Assembly (NCBI GenBank): GCA_963725865.1
Contig: CAVSAC010000014.1
Location: forward strand, 1,183,816 to 1,247,815
Direction: 5' to 3'
DNA length: 64,000 bases
From: Candidatus Eiseniibacteriota bacterium
GTDB taxonomy: Bacteria; Eisenbacteria; RBG-16-71-46
The position numbers and the translations under genes were made by a program. Under the pieces are notes generated by a model that was not told where the DNA came from, made no database searches, and saw nothing but the letters and a program-made list of their open reading frames with translations. Shown here one piece after another: positions 50,302-61,815 of the stretch. Position 1 is the first letter of the stretch. Each line of letters opens with the position of its first letter.

Positions 50302-50757
50302 CCGGTGACCCAGGGCAGGATGCGGCCGGGCCGGGCGCGGCGGAACGCCGACACGATAGTGGCCGCAGCCGCTCGCGACAACGGTTTCGGGGCGTATCCG
50401 AGGCGGCGCCGAGGGTGCGGCGGGCGCAGGTGGAGGCGTGAGCCGGGAACCGCGGGGGGCGCTCTGCGGGCCCCCAATAGGACCGCCGTCGGATCGGGCA
50501 TGACGCTCGTTCCGGCGGCGGCATCCGGTTTCTTCCGGCCGGCGGTTCCCCTCAGAGGTTCCGCACTCGACCGCGCCCATTGAATCGATGGGCGGATTGT
50601 ACGCCGGGGAGCTCGTTGCCTCCCGCGACGTCGAAGAGATTCCACTCCTGTCGGGCCCGGCCGTCAACCGGATTCTTGGACCACGGCGGAAGGGGCGGCC
50701 CGCCTGCGCGGACCGCCCCCGTCGGCGCCCTGCCAGCGCCGTCCGCACGCGCCCCGC

Positions 50758-53700
50758 TCAGCGCATCCGGACCACGCGCCGCGTCGCCTCGAACCCCGCC
50801 CAGCGCGCGCGCACGAAGTAGAGCCCGCTCGCCGCGCGAGCGCCCGCCTCGGTCCGGCCGTCCCACGCCAGCGCGTGCCGCCCCGCCGCCATCGCTCCGC
50901 TGGCGAGCGAGCGCACCCGGCGGCCCTGCATGTCGAACACCGCGACCGAGACGTCGTGCGGCTCCGGCATCGCGAGCACCAGGTTGACGGCACCCGCCGT
51001 CGGATTGGGCCACGCCGCCGACAGCGAGGCGACCCCGGGCGGCGCGATCGATTCGGCGTCGAGCAGCCCGCCGCCGATCGTGAACGTCCCGCTGGTGTCG
51101 GCGATCGCGCCGATCGTGGCGTCGACCACGCGCAGCCGCGCGTTGGCGCTCGCGGGCGGGGTGACGCGCCAGGTGTAGCTGCTCGAGCCCGCCACGAACA
51201 CGCTGCCGGCCGGCAGGTCCGACGCGATGCGCTCCCAGATCGCTCCGCCGTCGCGCGAGACCTCGAGGTGGATGCGGCGCAGCCCGAAGCCGGGCGTCCA
51301 CGTGATGGTCTGCGTGCTCGCCGCGTCCCACGTCTCGCCGCCCGCGGGTGCCGTCAGCGTCACGGTCTCGAAGATCGCCACCGGGCAGGGGTTCGCCAGC
51401 ACGTGCACCTGGTCCGGCGCGATGCCGGCGACCAGGAAGTCGGCCATCCCGTCCGCTCCGCCGTCGCGGCCGACCGGCACGCCGCGCTGGTTGCCGAGCA
51501 CGAGCGCAGGCTCGGCGATGAACGCCTGCGGCGTGACGCCCTGCAGGAACTGGCGCGCGAACAGCGTGAGCGAGCGATCCTGGCCCGAGACCACGGCGAG
51601 ATCCTCGTTGCCGTCCATCGTGTAGTCCTGCATCACGAGCCCGCGCGGGTCGGCCACTCCCGCGAAGCCCACCGGCGCCGCGAACGTGCCGTCGCCGAGC
51701 ACGCCGGTGCCGTTGCCCTTCAGCATGGTGACCGTGCCGGGGTGCGAGTCGTTGGTGACGATCAGGTCGAGGATGCCGTCGGAGTCGATGTCGCGCGCGA
51801 GCAGGTGATTCGGGCTCACGCCGGCGGCGTAGCCCACCGAACTCGCGAACGTGGCGTCGGGCACGCCGCCGGTCAGGTTGCCGAGTGCCACGTGCACCGC
51901 CGAGAACGCGGAATCGGGGTTGACCGCGGCGATGTCGAGCGCGCCGTCCTCGTTGAAGTCGGCGAGCACCACGTCCGTCGGCGCCTTGCTCAGCGAGACG
52001 AAGCCGCCGACCTTCGGCACGAACGTCCCGTTGCCGGTGTTGCTGGTGCCCTGCCCGATCAGCACGCGCGCAGCGGCGGCGTTCGGCGTGGTGACCACCA
52101 GGTCGAGGATGCCGTCGTGGTCGAGGTCGCCCGCCGCGATGCCCGAGCCCGCACCGCTCAGCGCGATCGTGATGGGGGCGGCGAAGGTTCCATCGCCGAC
52201 GGCGCCGGAGCCGAGGCCGCGCAGCACCGCCGCTCCGGTGCTGGTGGCGACCGCGAGGTCGAGGATGCCGTCCTCGTCGAAGTCGGCGGTGGTGATGCCG
52301 TTCGCGACCAGCGCGGCGCCGTACGTGGTCGCGGCACCGAGCCCGCCCGCGGGCGTGGTGAGCTGGACCTGCACGCCGGCGCCGGTCGCGACCGCGAGGT
52401 CCGCGCGGCCGTCCTCGTTGAAGTCGGCGCTCACCGCCGCGCGCGGGTCGGACGAGCCGGCGGCCGAATCGGTCACCGCCACGGCCGCGCACAGCGAGAA
52501 GTCGCCGTCGGTCACGTCGAACATCGTCGGGACGAACGCGTCGTTGACGCGCACCCGCATGTGGGTGCTCAACGGACCCGTCGTCGGCCACGGGACGCTG
52601 GTCCCGTACACGCTGCGGGCCACGGTCTCCCAGTGGGCCCCGCCGTCGTGCGAGATGGCCACGTCCACCGCGAGCACGCCCGCGCCCTTGGTCCACCCGA
52701 GGGTCGGCGGTGTTGCCGGGCCGCAGCGGGACGATGGCGCCGGGAGCCGGACTGGTGACGGTGACCTCGCCCGGCAGGAGCGGCGGGCACGCGTTCAGGC
52801 GCACGTCGGTGCGCGCGGTCGCGCCGCCGAGCGTGCCGACGACCACGTCGGGCGAGGCGTTCTCGTCGAAGTCGCCGACGAACGAGGCCGAACGCGCCGG
52901 TCCCGGTCAGCGTGGGGCCGGCCACGGCCGTGAACGTGCCGTTGCCTGCGGCCCCGGTGCCGTTGCCGTACAGGAACGTCAAGCACGTTCGAGGTCGTCG
53001 AGGTCGCGATCAGGTCCGCGCGGCTGTCGTGGTCGAGATCGCACACCGCGAGATGGTCGCCGCCGCCCGCCGAGCGCACGGGGGTGAAGAAGGTGCCGCT
53101 GCCCACACCGCGCAGCCAGGCGACGCTGTCGGCGCGCTCGAGCACCACGTCGAGGAAGCGTGTCCTCGTTGATGTTCGCGACCACGAAGTCGTTCCAGCC
53201 CTTGGTGAGCGGCATGCTGAGCACGCGGCTGAACGTGCCGCTGCCGGTGCCGGCCGAGCCGGGCGGCCGCACGCCCATCATCACGACCAGACTGTCGACG
53301 CTCTGGAGCGACCGCGTCGTTGAGGTCCACGATGTCGAGCGCGCCGTCGTTGTTGAAGTCGACGAGCGCCAGCTCCTCGGCCTGCTGCGGGATGGTGACC
53401 GGCACCGGTGCCGCGAACGTGCCGTTGCCCTGCCCGTCGCTGCCCTGACCCAGCACCACCTGGCCTCCGGGCACGAGCGCGTTCGAGGTGACGAAGTCGA
53501 GGATGCCGTCGGAGTTCACGTCGCCGAACGCGAAACCGCGTCGACGCGACGTTGAGCACCGTGACCGGCGGGTCGAACGTGCCGTCGCCCACGCCGCCGG
53601 CGCCGCGGCCGTGCCGCAGCTGCACGGTCGCCGCACCGCCCTCGATCGTCAGCAGGTCCAGGATGCCGTCCTCGTCGACGTCCTCCAGCGCGACGTCGCT

Positions 53701-55648
53701 CGCGGGCTGATTGGTCAGGAACGTCGGCGCGCCGAACTGCCCGTTGCCGACGCCGCCGACACCGAGGCCGAACTGCCGGCTGACGCCGCCGCCGCTCGCC
53801 GTGACCAGGTCGGCGATGCCGTCGCCGTTGAGGTCGCCCGACGCGAACTCCGACGGAGCGCCGAAGGTGTTGCTCTGCGAGCTGCCGGAGGTGATCGACG
53901 CGCAGAGGTTCACGAACGCGTTGCTGCTGTCCGCCGGCGTGCCGTCGGCGGCATCCGAGACGTGGATGCGCAGCTGCGGAGTGCTGATGCCGGGCAGGTT
54001 CACGACCTCGCTGCCGTCGTTCGCGGTCGAGGCGACCAGCGTCTGGCGCGGGCCGCCGCCGACGTTGTACGCGATGCGCACGGTGGCGCCGGCCGGCAGC
54101 TGCGAGCTGGTCCAGGTCACGGTGGTCGGCGAGTACGCCTCGAGCGAATCGCCGCCGTTCGGCGACGTCAGCGTGAACGCCGGGTTGAAGCGCGAGCCGT
54201 CCGAGGCGATGTGCTGCGCGTAGAGGTCGCGCCCCAGCGTCGCGTCGTCGCGGCGGTCGGTCCACGCCGCCAGGAACCCGGTCACCGGATCGATCGCGAG
54301 CACCGGCTCCGCCTGGATGTCGTCGCCGAACGGCGTGCCGGTGACGCTCTGCCGCCACGTGCGCACGCCGTTGACGTCGAGGTGCGCGGCGCCGATGTCG
54401 TCCTGGCCCAGCGTGGTGGTGAAGAACAAGTCCACGTACACCACGTACACGCCGTCGGCGCCGTCGCTCTCCATGCGCAGGTCGCGCTGGGTGCCGGTCG
54501 CGGTGTCGATCGGCGCGCCGTTGGCGCCCCACAGCAGCGCGCCGGTGGAGCTGAGCCGCTGCGCGTAGAGATCCTGCGCGTGGTTGAAGCCGTTCGGTCC
54601 GGGCCGATTGTTGTCGCGGCCGTCCACCCAGCCCAGGATCGCGCCGGTGCCCGAGGGGACGATCTTGAGGCTGAACGGGGTCGTGGGCTCGTCCCACGGC
54701 GTGTCGAGCCGCGTGAACACGCTGACGCCGCCGGCCGCCCACGCCGCGACGCCCGAGATGCTGTACTTCTGCGCGAGGATCTCGTTGCCGACCATCCACG
54801 TCACGATCAGCTGGGAGGTGGCGCTGTAGGCGTGCGAGGCGAGCGTCGCGGAGTTGACCGCGTCGTGGTAGACCGTCACGCCGCTGGCGCCCCACAGCAC
54901 GGCGCCCGCCGTGGTGACGCGGTTCGTGAACACGCCCACCCGCGAGACCGAGCCGATCACCCGGTTCGCCATCCACGACACCACCGCGCCGTCGCCGAGG
55001 TTGGTGACGTCGAGGTCGAGCGGATTGTCCGTCGCCGCCACCAGCACGCCGCCGGCGGTCCACTGCTCGGCGCCGTCGAGCGCCACCCGCTGCACCCGCA
55101 CGCCGCCGGTGCCGAACGCCAGCAGCAGCGCGCCGGTCGACGCCACGTCGATGTCGACGTCGCTCGCGACGGTCCCGAAGCGCTTGCCGCCCGCGGTCAG
55201 CTGCGGCACGCCGTTGGCGTCGACGCGCTGGACGTACACGCCCGGCGTGCCCGCGCGTGAATCGGACCACGCGATCCACGCGCCGCCGTGCAGGTCGCTC
55301 ACCACCTTCACCTGCCCGTTCGTGTTCAGGTTGCCGCCCGAGTTGACGAACACGCCGGCGCTGCCGTTCCACAGCGGCTGCCCGGTCCCCTGGTCGAGCC
55401 GCTGGACGCGGATCGAGTCGACGCGGTAGACGCAGGCCGCGATCACGCCGCCGGCGCCGTCGGTACACACCACGCTGCCGCGCGGCAGCTGGTTCTGGTA
55501 ACCGACCTCCTCGTCGCGAGTGGTGTGGAACGCGGGGTAGCCACCGTAGGTCCACTGCGCCGCGCGGGCGGGCAGCGGGGCGAGGACGCTCGAGCAGGAC
55601 GAACGGTCCTGCGAGGAGACGGGCGATTCGGTTCAGTGGGGTCCGCAT
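50758..55648 (-). CDS. Large secreted FG-GAP/VCBS-repeat protein with C-terminal FlgD/T9SS-like domain (multiple frameshifts)
   Basis: Many DxNxDGxxD repeats across ORFs 53281..55473, 53010..53636, 52979..53284, 52795..53148, 52569..52982, 50552..52846 and 50758..52677; SPNGG Ig-like spacers; C-terminal WPNP..WDGR..SGLYF..TRRVV. Confidence 0.8.
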
Positions 55649-55695
55649 GGCAGGGGTCTCCAGGAAGGTGGCGGCCGGTCCGGGTCGACGAGGGG

Positions 55696-55727
55696 TGAGA
55701 CCGTTCGCGGGTCCTGGAATCACACGC
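55696..55727 (-). promoter_or_regulatory. Putative ECF-dependent promoter of the FG-GAP gene
   Basis: GCGTGTGATTCC-N11-ACGGTCTCA, the same boxes and spacing as upstream of the sigma gene. Confidence 0.7.
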
Positions 55728-55806
55728 GCGTGTGCGATTCGGCGCCGCGGCGCTAGGATGGCCGCCCGGTCCGCGACCCCCGCGGACCCCTGACCCGAGG
55801 CCCCGC

Positions 55807-56524
55807 GTGCCCCCCAAGACCCTCGACCACTGGCGCACCGAGCGGCTGATCCTCGAGCGCGTGCGCGCCGAGGACTTCGCCGACCTGCTCCGCATGCACC
55901 AGGACCCGGTCCTGATGGCCTCGATCGGAGGCCTGCGCTGCGACGAGGAGACCCGCCGCTACCTCGACGAGCAGCTCGGGCACTGGGCAGGCGCACCACT
56001 TCGGGATCTGGATGGCGCGCGAGGCGGCCTCGAGCCGGCTGGCCGGCCGCGGCGGCCTGCGCCTGACCGCGATCGACGGCCGCGCCGAGACCGAGCTGGC
56101 GTACGCGCTGGTGCCCGAGGCGTGGGGCCGCGGCCTGGCCACCGAGCTGGCGCGGGCCTGCGTGCGCACCGCGTTCGACCTGCTCGGCCGCGCCGACCTG
56201 GTGGCGTACACGCGGCCCGAGAACCGCGCCTCGCGGCGGGTGATGGAGAAGTGCGGCTTCAGCTACGAGCGCGACTTCGTCCACAAGGCGGCGCCGCACG
56301 TGCTCTACCGGCTGACCGCGGGCGACTGGCGCGCCGCGTGCGCAGGCAGCGCCGGGCGAGCGGCGGGGCCGTGGACGGGGCCCGGCTCGCCCGGCCACGC
56401 GCGCCCGCGCGCTTCGATGCTCCACGCGCGCTCGACGCTCACGGTGACGGCGCCCAGCGTGTCCTCGACCCGGCCCTCCACGCGCACCACCTCGCCGCGC
56501 GTGGCGGCGGCGTACGCGCGGTAG
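55807..56524 (+). CDS. RimJ/RimL-type GNAT acetyltransferase (frameshift near 55990; 3' end uncertain)
   Basis: TERLILE, ELAYAL.PEAWGRGLATE, ENRASRRVMEKCGF. Confidence 0.8.
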
Positions 56525-59500
56525 GCGGCCGGGAACAGCACGCACTCCACCAGCCCGCCGTGATCGGCGAGCGTCAGGAACAGCATGGTGCCGCCGGTGC
56601 GGGTCTCGACGCGGCGCGTCGCGCACGGCAGGCCGGCGACCATCACGCGCCGGCCGACGTGCGCGTCGATCTCGGCGGCCGGCACCGCGCCCGCGAGTGC
56701 GCCGGGCGGCACCAGCACGTCGAGCGGATGCGCGCTGAACCACATCCCGGTCGCGCGCACCTCGCCGCGCACGCGCTCGGCGAGGTCGAACTCGGGCAGT
56801 CCGGGCAGCCCCGGCGGCGCCACGGCGGGCGCCAGCGGCTCGCCGGTCGCACCCGCCAGCACCGGCGCGGCGCCGCGCGACGGCCGTCCGGCGCCGCGCG
56901 CCGCCGCCACGCGCGCCTCGAGCAGCAGCGCGGGGCGCGTGCGCCCGGTGGCATCGAGCGCGCCGGCGAGGATCAGCGCCTCCAATTCGTCGAGCGATGG
57001 GCGCGCGCGGTCGGCCAGGTCGGCGAGGCTCGCGAACGGGCGCTGCGCGAGCAGGCGCTCGCCGGTGGCGTGCGAGAGCCCGGCCACGCGCGAAAGCCCG
57101 ACGCGCACGGCGGGCTCCGGGCGGAGCGCGGGCGCACCGCCCGCGCCGCCGCGCGGCGCGCGTCGCTCGGCAGACCGCGCGTCCGGCGCCTCGTCGTCCT
57201 CGAGCGTCGCGTCCCACGCCGAGCGCTCGACGCACGGCGCGCGGAACGTGACGCCGCGGCGGCGCAGGTCCTCGACGTGCACCCACGTCGCGTACATGCC
57301 GGCGTGGTGGTCGAGCACGCCCACCGCCCACTCGGTGGGATAGTGGGTCTTGAGGTAGGCGCTCTGGTAGCCGAGCACGCCGTAGCCGGCGGCGTGCGCC
57401 TTGCAGAACGCGTACGCCGCGAACCGCGTCAGGTCGCGCCACGCGGCGCGGGCGGTGGGCTCGTCGACGCCGTCGCGCACGCAGTGACCGACGAAGCCGC
57501 GCTCGAGCGCGCGGAATTCCTCGTCGCCGCGCGCCTTCGCGATCGCGCGGCGCAGGTCGTCGCCCTCGGCCAGCGTCAGGCCGGCGAGTGCCGCGGCCAC
57601 GCACATCACGTCCTCCTCGTACAGCATCACGCCGTGCGCGGAGCCCAGCACCGGCTGGAGCCGCGGGTGGAGCGGCGGCGTGGGCTCCAGGCCGCGGTGC
57701 CGGCGGCAGTAGATCTCCTTCATGCTCGGGCCGCCGTCCGCCGGCGCGGCGGCGGCGCCGGGGCGGATCAACGCGACCGCGGCGATCACCTCGTCGAGCG
57801 TGCTCGCGCGCAGCATGCGCAGCAGGTGGCGCATCGCGGGCGACTCGAGCTGGAAGCCGTTCAGCGTGTCGCCGGCGACCAGTCGCGCGACGGTCGCGGG
57901 GTCGTCGGGCGGCAGGCGGTCGAGGTCGATCGCGACGCCACGACGCGTCCGCACGCTCGCCACGCAGTCGCCGATCTCCGACAGCGCGCGGTTGCCGAGC
58001 AGGTCCATCTTCACCAGCCCGAGTGCCTCGATCGCGCGCATCTCGGGCTGCGTGACCACCACCTTCTTGTCGCCGCGCTCGAGCGGCACGTAGTGGGTGA
58101 GCGGCCGGTCGGCGATCACCACCCCGCCGCAGTGGATGCTCAGGTGCCGCGGCGCGCCGTCGAGCTGCTCGGCGAGCGCCAGCGCGCGCGTCAGCACCGG
58201 CTCGCGCCAGTCGACGCCCGAGGCGCCGCCGTCGCCCAGCAGCCGCTCCAGGTAGGGCGCCTGCAGCGCGCGCGGCACCCGCTTGGCGAGCGCGTCGACG
58301 CGCGCACTCGGCACCCCGAGCGCCTTGGCGGTCTCGCGGAACGCCGAGCGCGCGCCGAGCGTGGCGTGAGTGGAGATCATCGCCACGCGGTCCTCGCCGT
58401 AGGTGCGGTAGACGTGCGCGATCACCTCGTCGCGGCGCTTCCAGCACAGGTCGATGTCGAGATCGGGGCAGTCGCGGCGCGAGGGGTTGAGGAAGCGCTC
58501 GAAATAGAGCCCGTAGCGCAGCGGGTCCACGTTCGTGATGCCGAGCGCGTACGCCACCAGCGAGCTGGCGCCCGAGCCGCGGCCGACGGTCGGGATGCCG
58601 TGCGCCTGCGCGAAGCCCACGATCTCGGCGACCAGCAGGAAGTAGTCGGTGAAGCCGCAGCGCGTGATCATCCCGAGCTCCTGCTCGAGCCGCGCGAGCG
58701 CGCGCGGCGCGTCGTGACCCCAGCGCCGGCGCACGCCCTCGCGGCCGAGCCGCAGCAGGCGCGCCGGCCCGCTCTCGCCGTCCGCGAGCGGGGCGCGCGG
58801 GAAGATCGGCGTGCCCATCTCGAGCGTGAGCCGGCAGCGCGCGGCGAGTGCGGCGTTGTGTGCGAGCGCGGGGGCGGCGGCCTCGGGCACGCCGGCCGCG
58901 GCGCAGGTCGCGCGCACGCGCCGCACCCATTCGGCGGGCGGCGCCAGCCACGCCTCGCGCGCGGCGAACGCGCCGGGCGGCATGCGCTCGAGCAGCTCGC
59001 CGGCGGCCGCGGTGACCGCCACGCGGTGGGTCTCGTGATCGCGCGCTTCCAGCATCACCACGTCGCCGGTCGCCACCAGCGGCACCGCCAGCCGCCGCGC
59101 GGCGGCGACCCGCTCGGCGAGGCGCAGGCGCTCGAGGGGCACGCCGCGCACGCCGAACCACAGCCCGGCCGCGCGCCCGCCGGGGCGCGCGTCGTCGGCG
59201 CCGGCGGCGGCCGGCACGCCGGCGCGCAGCAGCCCGGCGGCCAGCCCCGGCGTCTCGACGATCACGTGGAGCCCGGCGTGCAGCTCGGCGAGTGCGGCGG
59301 TGAGGTCGAAGTCCGCGTCGAGCTGGCGCCGCGTGAGCACCGTGCACAGGTGGGTCCAGCCGCGGCGGTCGACCGGCAGCAGCAGCGCGCTGCCGCTGGC
59401 GTGCGTGACCTCGGCGCCGGGCAGCGCGCCGCAGGCCCTCGGCGCGCGCGGCCTGCAGGAAGCGCACCGCCAGGTAGAGGTTGTCGCGGTCGGTGAGCGC

Positions 59501-59611
59501 GAGTGCCTCGTAGCCGAGCGCGAGCGCGCGCTCCACCAGCGCCTCGGGCGCGGCGGTGCCATTGAGCAGCGAGCCGTGCGAGCGCACGCGCAGCGGGACG
59601 AACGGATGCAT
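56305..59611 (-). CDS. dnaE2: Error-prone DNA polymerase III alpha-like DnaE2 (frameshift near 59445)
   Basis: PHP domain (LALTDRD), GRGSGASSLV, FERFLNP.R..PDLDIDL (catalytic Asp), SIHCGGVV, KMDLLG, FQLESP, YAFCKAHA, C-terminal OB fold. Confidence 0.9.
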
Positions 59612-59675
59612 GACGGCCTCCGTGGCGCGCGGCGATGCGGAGCGCGCGCCCGACGCGGCGCGCGCCCCGCGTCGC

Positions 59676-60050
59676 TCAGGCGCCGACCTTGAAGTGCGAG
59701 TTCTGGATCATGCCGAGCGCGTTGCCGAACGGGTCGGTCACCGTGGCCACGCGGATGCCCTCGCCGACGTCCTGCACCGGGCTGAGCGCGGTGGCGCCGA
59801 GCGCGAGCAGCCGCGTCCACGCGGCGTCGGCGTCGGGCACGCCCCAGTACGCGACCACGCCGCGGTTGCCGGGCTGGTGGTTCGGCTCGGCCGGCAGCAG
59901 GCCCAGCTCGTAGCCGCCGACCTCGAAGCCGACGTAGAACGGCTCGTCGAAGTAGGGCTGGAGGCCGAACGCCTCGGCGTACCAGGCCTTGGCGCGGGCG
60001 AGGTCGGGGGCGGGGTAGATCGCGGTCATCAGCGCGGTGAAGTGCGGCAT
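59676..60050 (-). CDS. VOC/glyoxalase family protein
   Basis: DLARAKAWY, FEVGGYELGL, VQDVGEGIRVATVTDPFGN. Confidence 0.88.
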   Translation of the reverse strand: MPHFTALMTAIYPAPDLARAKAWYAEAFGLQPYFDEPFYVGFEVGGYELGLLPAEPNHQPGNRGVVAYWGVPDADAAWTRLLALGATALSPVQDVGEGIRVATVTDPFGNALGMIQNSHFKVGA

Positions 60051-60077
60051 CGCGGGCTCCTCGTCGGTGATGGGTGG

Positions 60078-61409
60078 CTACTTCGTGAGCGACGGGGTCC
60101 GCAGCACGAACCCGTGCTCGTCCTCGTCGAGGCGGCCCTTCAGGTGCAGCGCGCGGCCGGAGACCAGCACGCCGTGCCCGAACCGCTCGCGCACGCCGTC
60201 GAACGCGCGGTACAGCGCCGCGCGCCGGCCGGCCTCGGGCTCGTCGAACAGCGCGCCCTGCTCGCCGCCGCCGCGCGCGAACCGCGACAGCACCAGCCCG
60301 ACGCCGTGCAGCGCGACCCGGCGCGTGAACTGGCGGCGCAGCGAGTCGAGCGCGTTCGCCAGCACCACCGGGTCGGTGTCGGACGGCAGCGCGAGCGCGC
60401 GCGTGCGCTCGCTCCACTCGCCGTCGCTGTAGCGCAGCCGGCAGCTCACCGCACCCGGCTTGAGCCCCAGCTCGCGCGCGGTGCGGCACGCGCGGCCCAC
60501 CAGGTACTCGAGCATGCCCTCGATCTCGGCGCGGTCGGCGGTGTCGCGGTGGAACGAGGTCTCGCGCGAGATCGAGACCGGGATCTCGCGCTCGCGCACC
60601 GCCGCGGTGTCGCGCCCGCGGCAGCGCTCGTACAGCAGGCGGCCCGGCGATCCGAACAGCGCCTCGAGCGCGTCGGCCGGCAGCGGGCGCAGCTCGCCGA
60701 TCGTGCGCACGTTCATCGAGCGCAGCGTCTTCGCGTGCGCGTGGCCGACGCCCGCGAGCTGCTCGATCGGGCGGTCGCGCAGGAACGCGTCGGCCTCGTG
60801 CGGCTCGATGCGCGCGAGCCCGTCGGGCTTGACGGTCTTGCCGACCAGCTTCGCGAGCATGCGGTTGGGTCCCACGCCGCAGGTGACCGTGAGCCCGGTG
60901 TCGGCGCGGATCGCGTCCTTGAGCCCGCGCACCGCCGCCATCAGGTCGCCGTGCACGCGCTCGGTGCCGGTGAGGTCGCAGTAGGCCTCGTCGAGGTAGG
61001 TCTCGAGCGCCGGCGACAGCGTGCGGCAGCGCTCGAAGATGGTCTCGGCGTAGCAGCGGTAGACCTGCGCGTGGCCCTCGAGGATCACCGCCTGCGGGCA
61101 CCGCCGTTTCGCCTCGGACAGCGCCATGCCGGCCTTGAGCCCGAACGCGCGCGCCTCGTACGAGCACGACGCGATCACGCCCGCCCCCACGATCACCGGC
61201 CGGCCGCGCAGCGCGGGATGGCGCTGCTGCTCGATGGCGGCGAAGAACGCGTCGATGTCCACGTGGAGGACCAGGGGCGCGTGCGATGGGGCTCCGTCCC
61301 TCGCCGCGGCGCACGTCTCCGGATCGACGGGTGCCGTCGGGTTCGTCGGGGATGGGCGTGACGCGGAGTGCGTCGTACCCGGCGCCACGGCGAGCGAAGG
61401 AGTGTCCAT
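60078..61409 (-). CDS. dinB: Y-family DNA polymerase IV
   Basis: HVDIDAFFA, SYEAR, YLDEAY, LAK..KPDG, SISRETSF, clamp motif QGALF. Confidence 0.93.
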   Translation of the reverse strand: MDTPSLAVAPGTTHSASRPSPTNPTAPVDPETCAAARDGAPSHAPLVLHVDIDAFFAAIEQQRHPALRGRPVIVGAGVIASCSYEARAFGLKAGMALSEAKRRCPQAVILEGHAQVYRCYAETIFERCRTLSPALETYLDEAYCDLTGTERVHGDLMAAVRGLKDAIRADTGLTVTCGVGPNRMLAKLVGKTVKPDGLARIEPHEADAFLRDRPIEQLAGVGHAHAKTLRSMNVRTIGELRPLPADALEALFGSPGRLLYERCRGRDTAAVREREIPVSISRETSFHRDTADRAEIEGMLEYLVGRACRTARELGLKPGAVSCRLRYSDGEWSERTRALALPSDTDPVVLANALDSLRRQFTRRVALHGVGLVLSRFARGGGEQGALFDEPEAGRRAALYRAFDGVRERFGHGVLVSGRALHLKGRLDEDEHGFVLRTPSLTK

Positions 61410-61663
61410 CAGCCCTCCAGCGTGACCGAGTCCAGCCACCACACCAGCTCACCGCTCTGCAGCGACAGCTCGTAGATGTCGCCGCTGTCCGCGGTGATCG
61501 AGAAGTGGAAGTGCGGATGCCGGGGCACGCGGTCGATCCAGCGGGCGTTCACCCGCACCACGCGGATCTCGCGGCCCCGGCGCTTGAACGCGAGCGGGGT
61601 CACGGTGCCGCCGTGGAAGTCGGCGCGGACGCTGATGGCTTCGTCGATGGACTCGATTCGCAT
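61409..61663 (-). CDS. Small (84 aa) beta-rich protein, DUF6504/ImuB-C-like
   Basis: P.AF.RRGR..V..V.ARW...HFSI....GDIYEL....WWL. Its stop overlaps the dinB ATG. Confidence 0.7.
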   Translation of the reverse strand: MRIESIDEAISVRADFHGGTVTPLAFKRRGREIRVVRVNARWIDRVPRHPHFHFSITADSGDIYELSLQSGELVWWLDSVTLEG

Positions 61664-61682
61664 GTGGGACCTGGCGAACAGC

Positions 61683-61711
61683 ACTCTACTGCACATTCGT
61701 GCAGTACGCAA
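61683..61711 (-). promoter_or_regulatory. Sigma70 promoter with overlapping SOS-box-like operator
   Basis: TTGCGT-N17-TAGAGT. The 8-bp inverted repeat TACTGCAC-N4-GTGCAGTA (61687..61706) fills the spacer. Confidence 0.8.
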
Positions 61712-61815
61712 GAGTCCGCTGTGGATGCGGGTCCACGAGGCCGATAACCCCCGAGCCGGGCCCTGAGGCGCGATCGCGCCATGGCGGCCCGACGACCTGC
61801 GGGAGGAGGCCCGAC

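Noticed and set aside
50520-50750. Structured ncRNA between the sigma gene and the FG-GAP gene
   Set aside because: Only short hairpins are visible, with no recognisable family. It cannot be supported without covariance analysis.
50758-53900. Repeated nucleotide motifs as a CRISPR or DGR array
   Set aside because: They are coding FG-GAP repeats with irregular spacing, and no cas or reverse transcriptase gene is present.
56305-56524. 220-bp convergent overlap of GNAT and dnaE2 as antisense regulation
   Set aside because: Both tails are low-complexity, and stop codons may be displaced by indel errors or stop scarcity.
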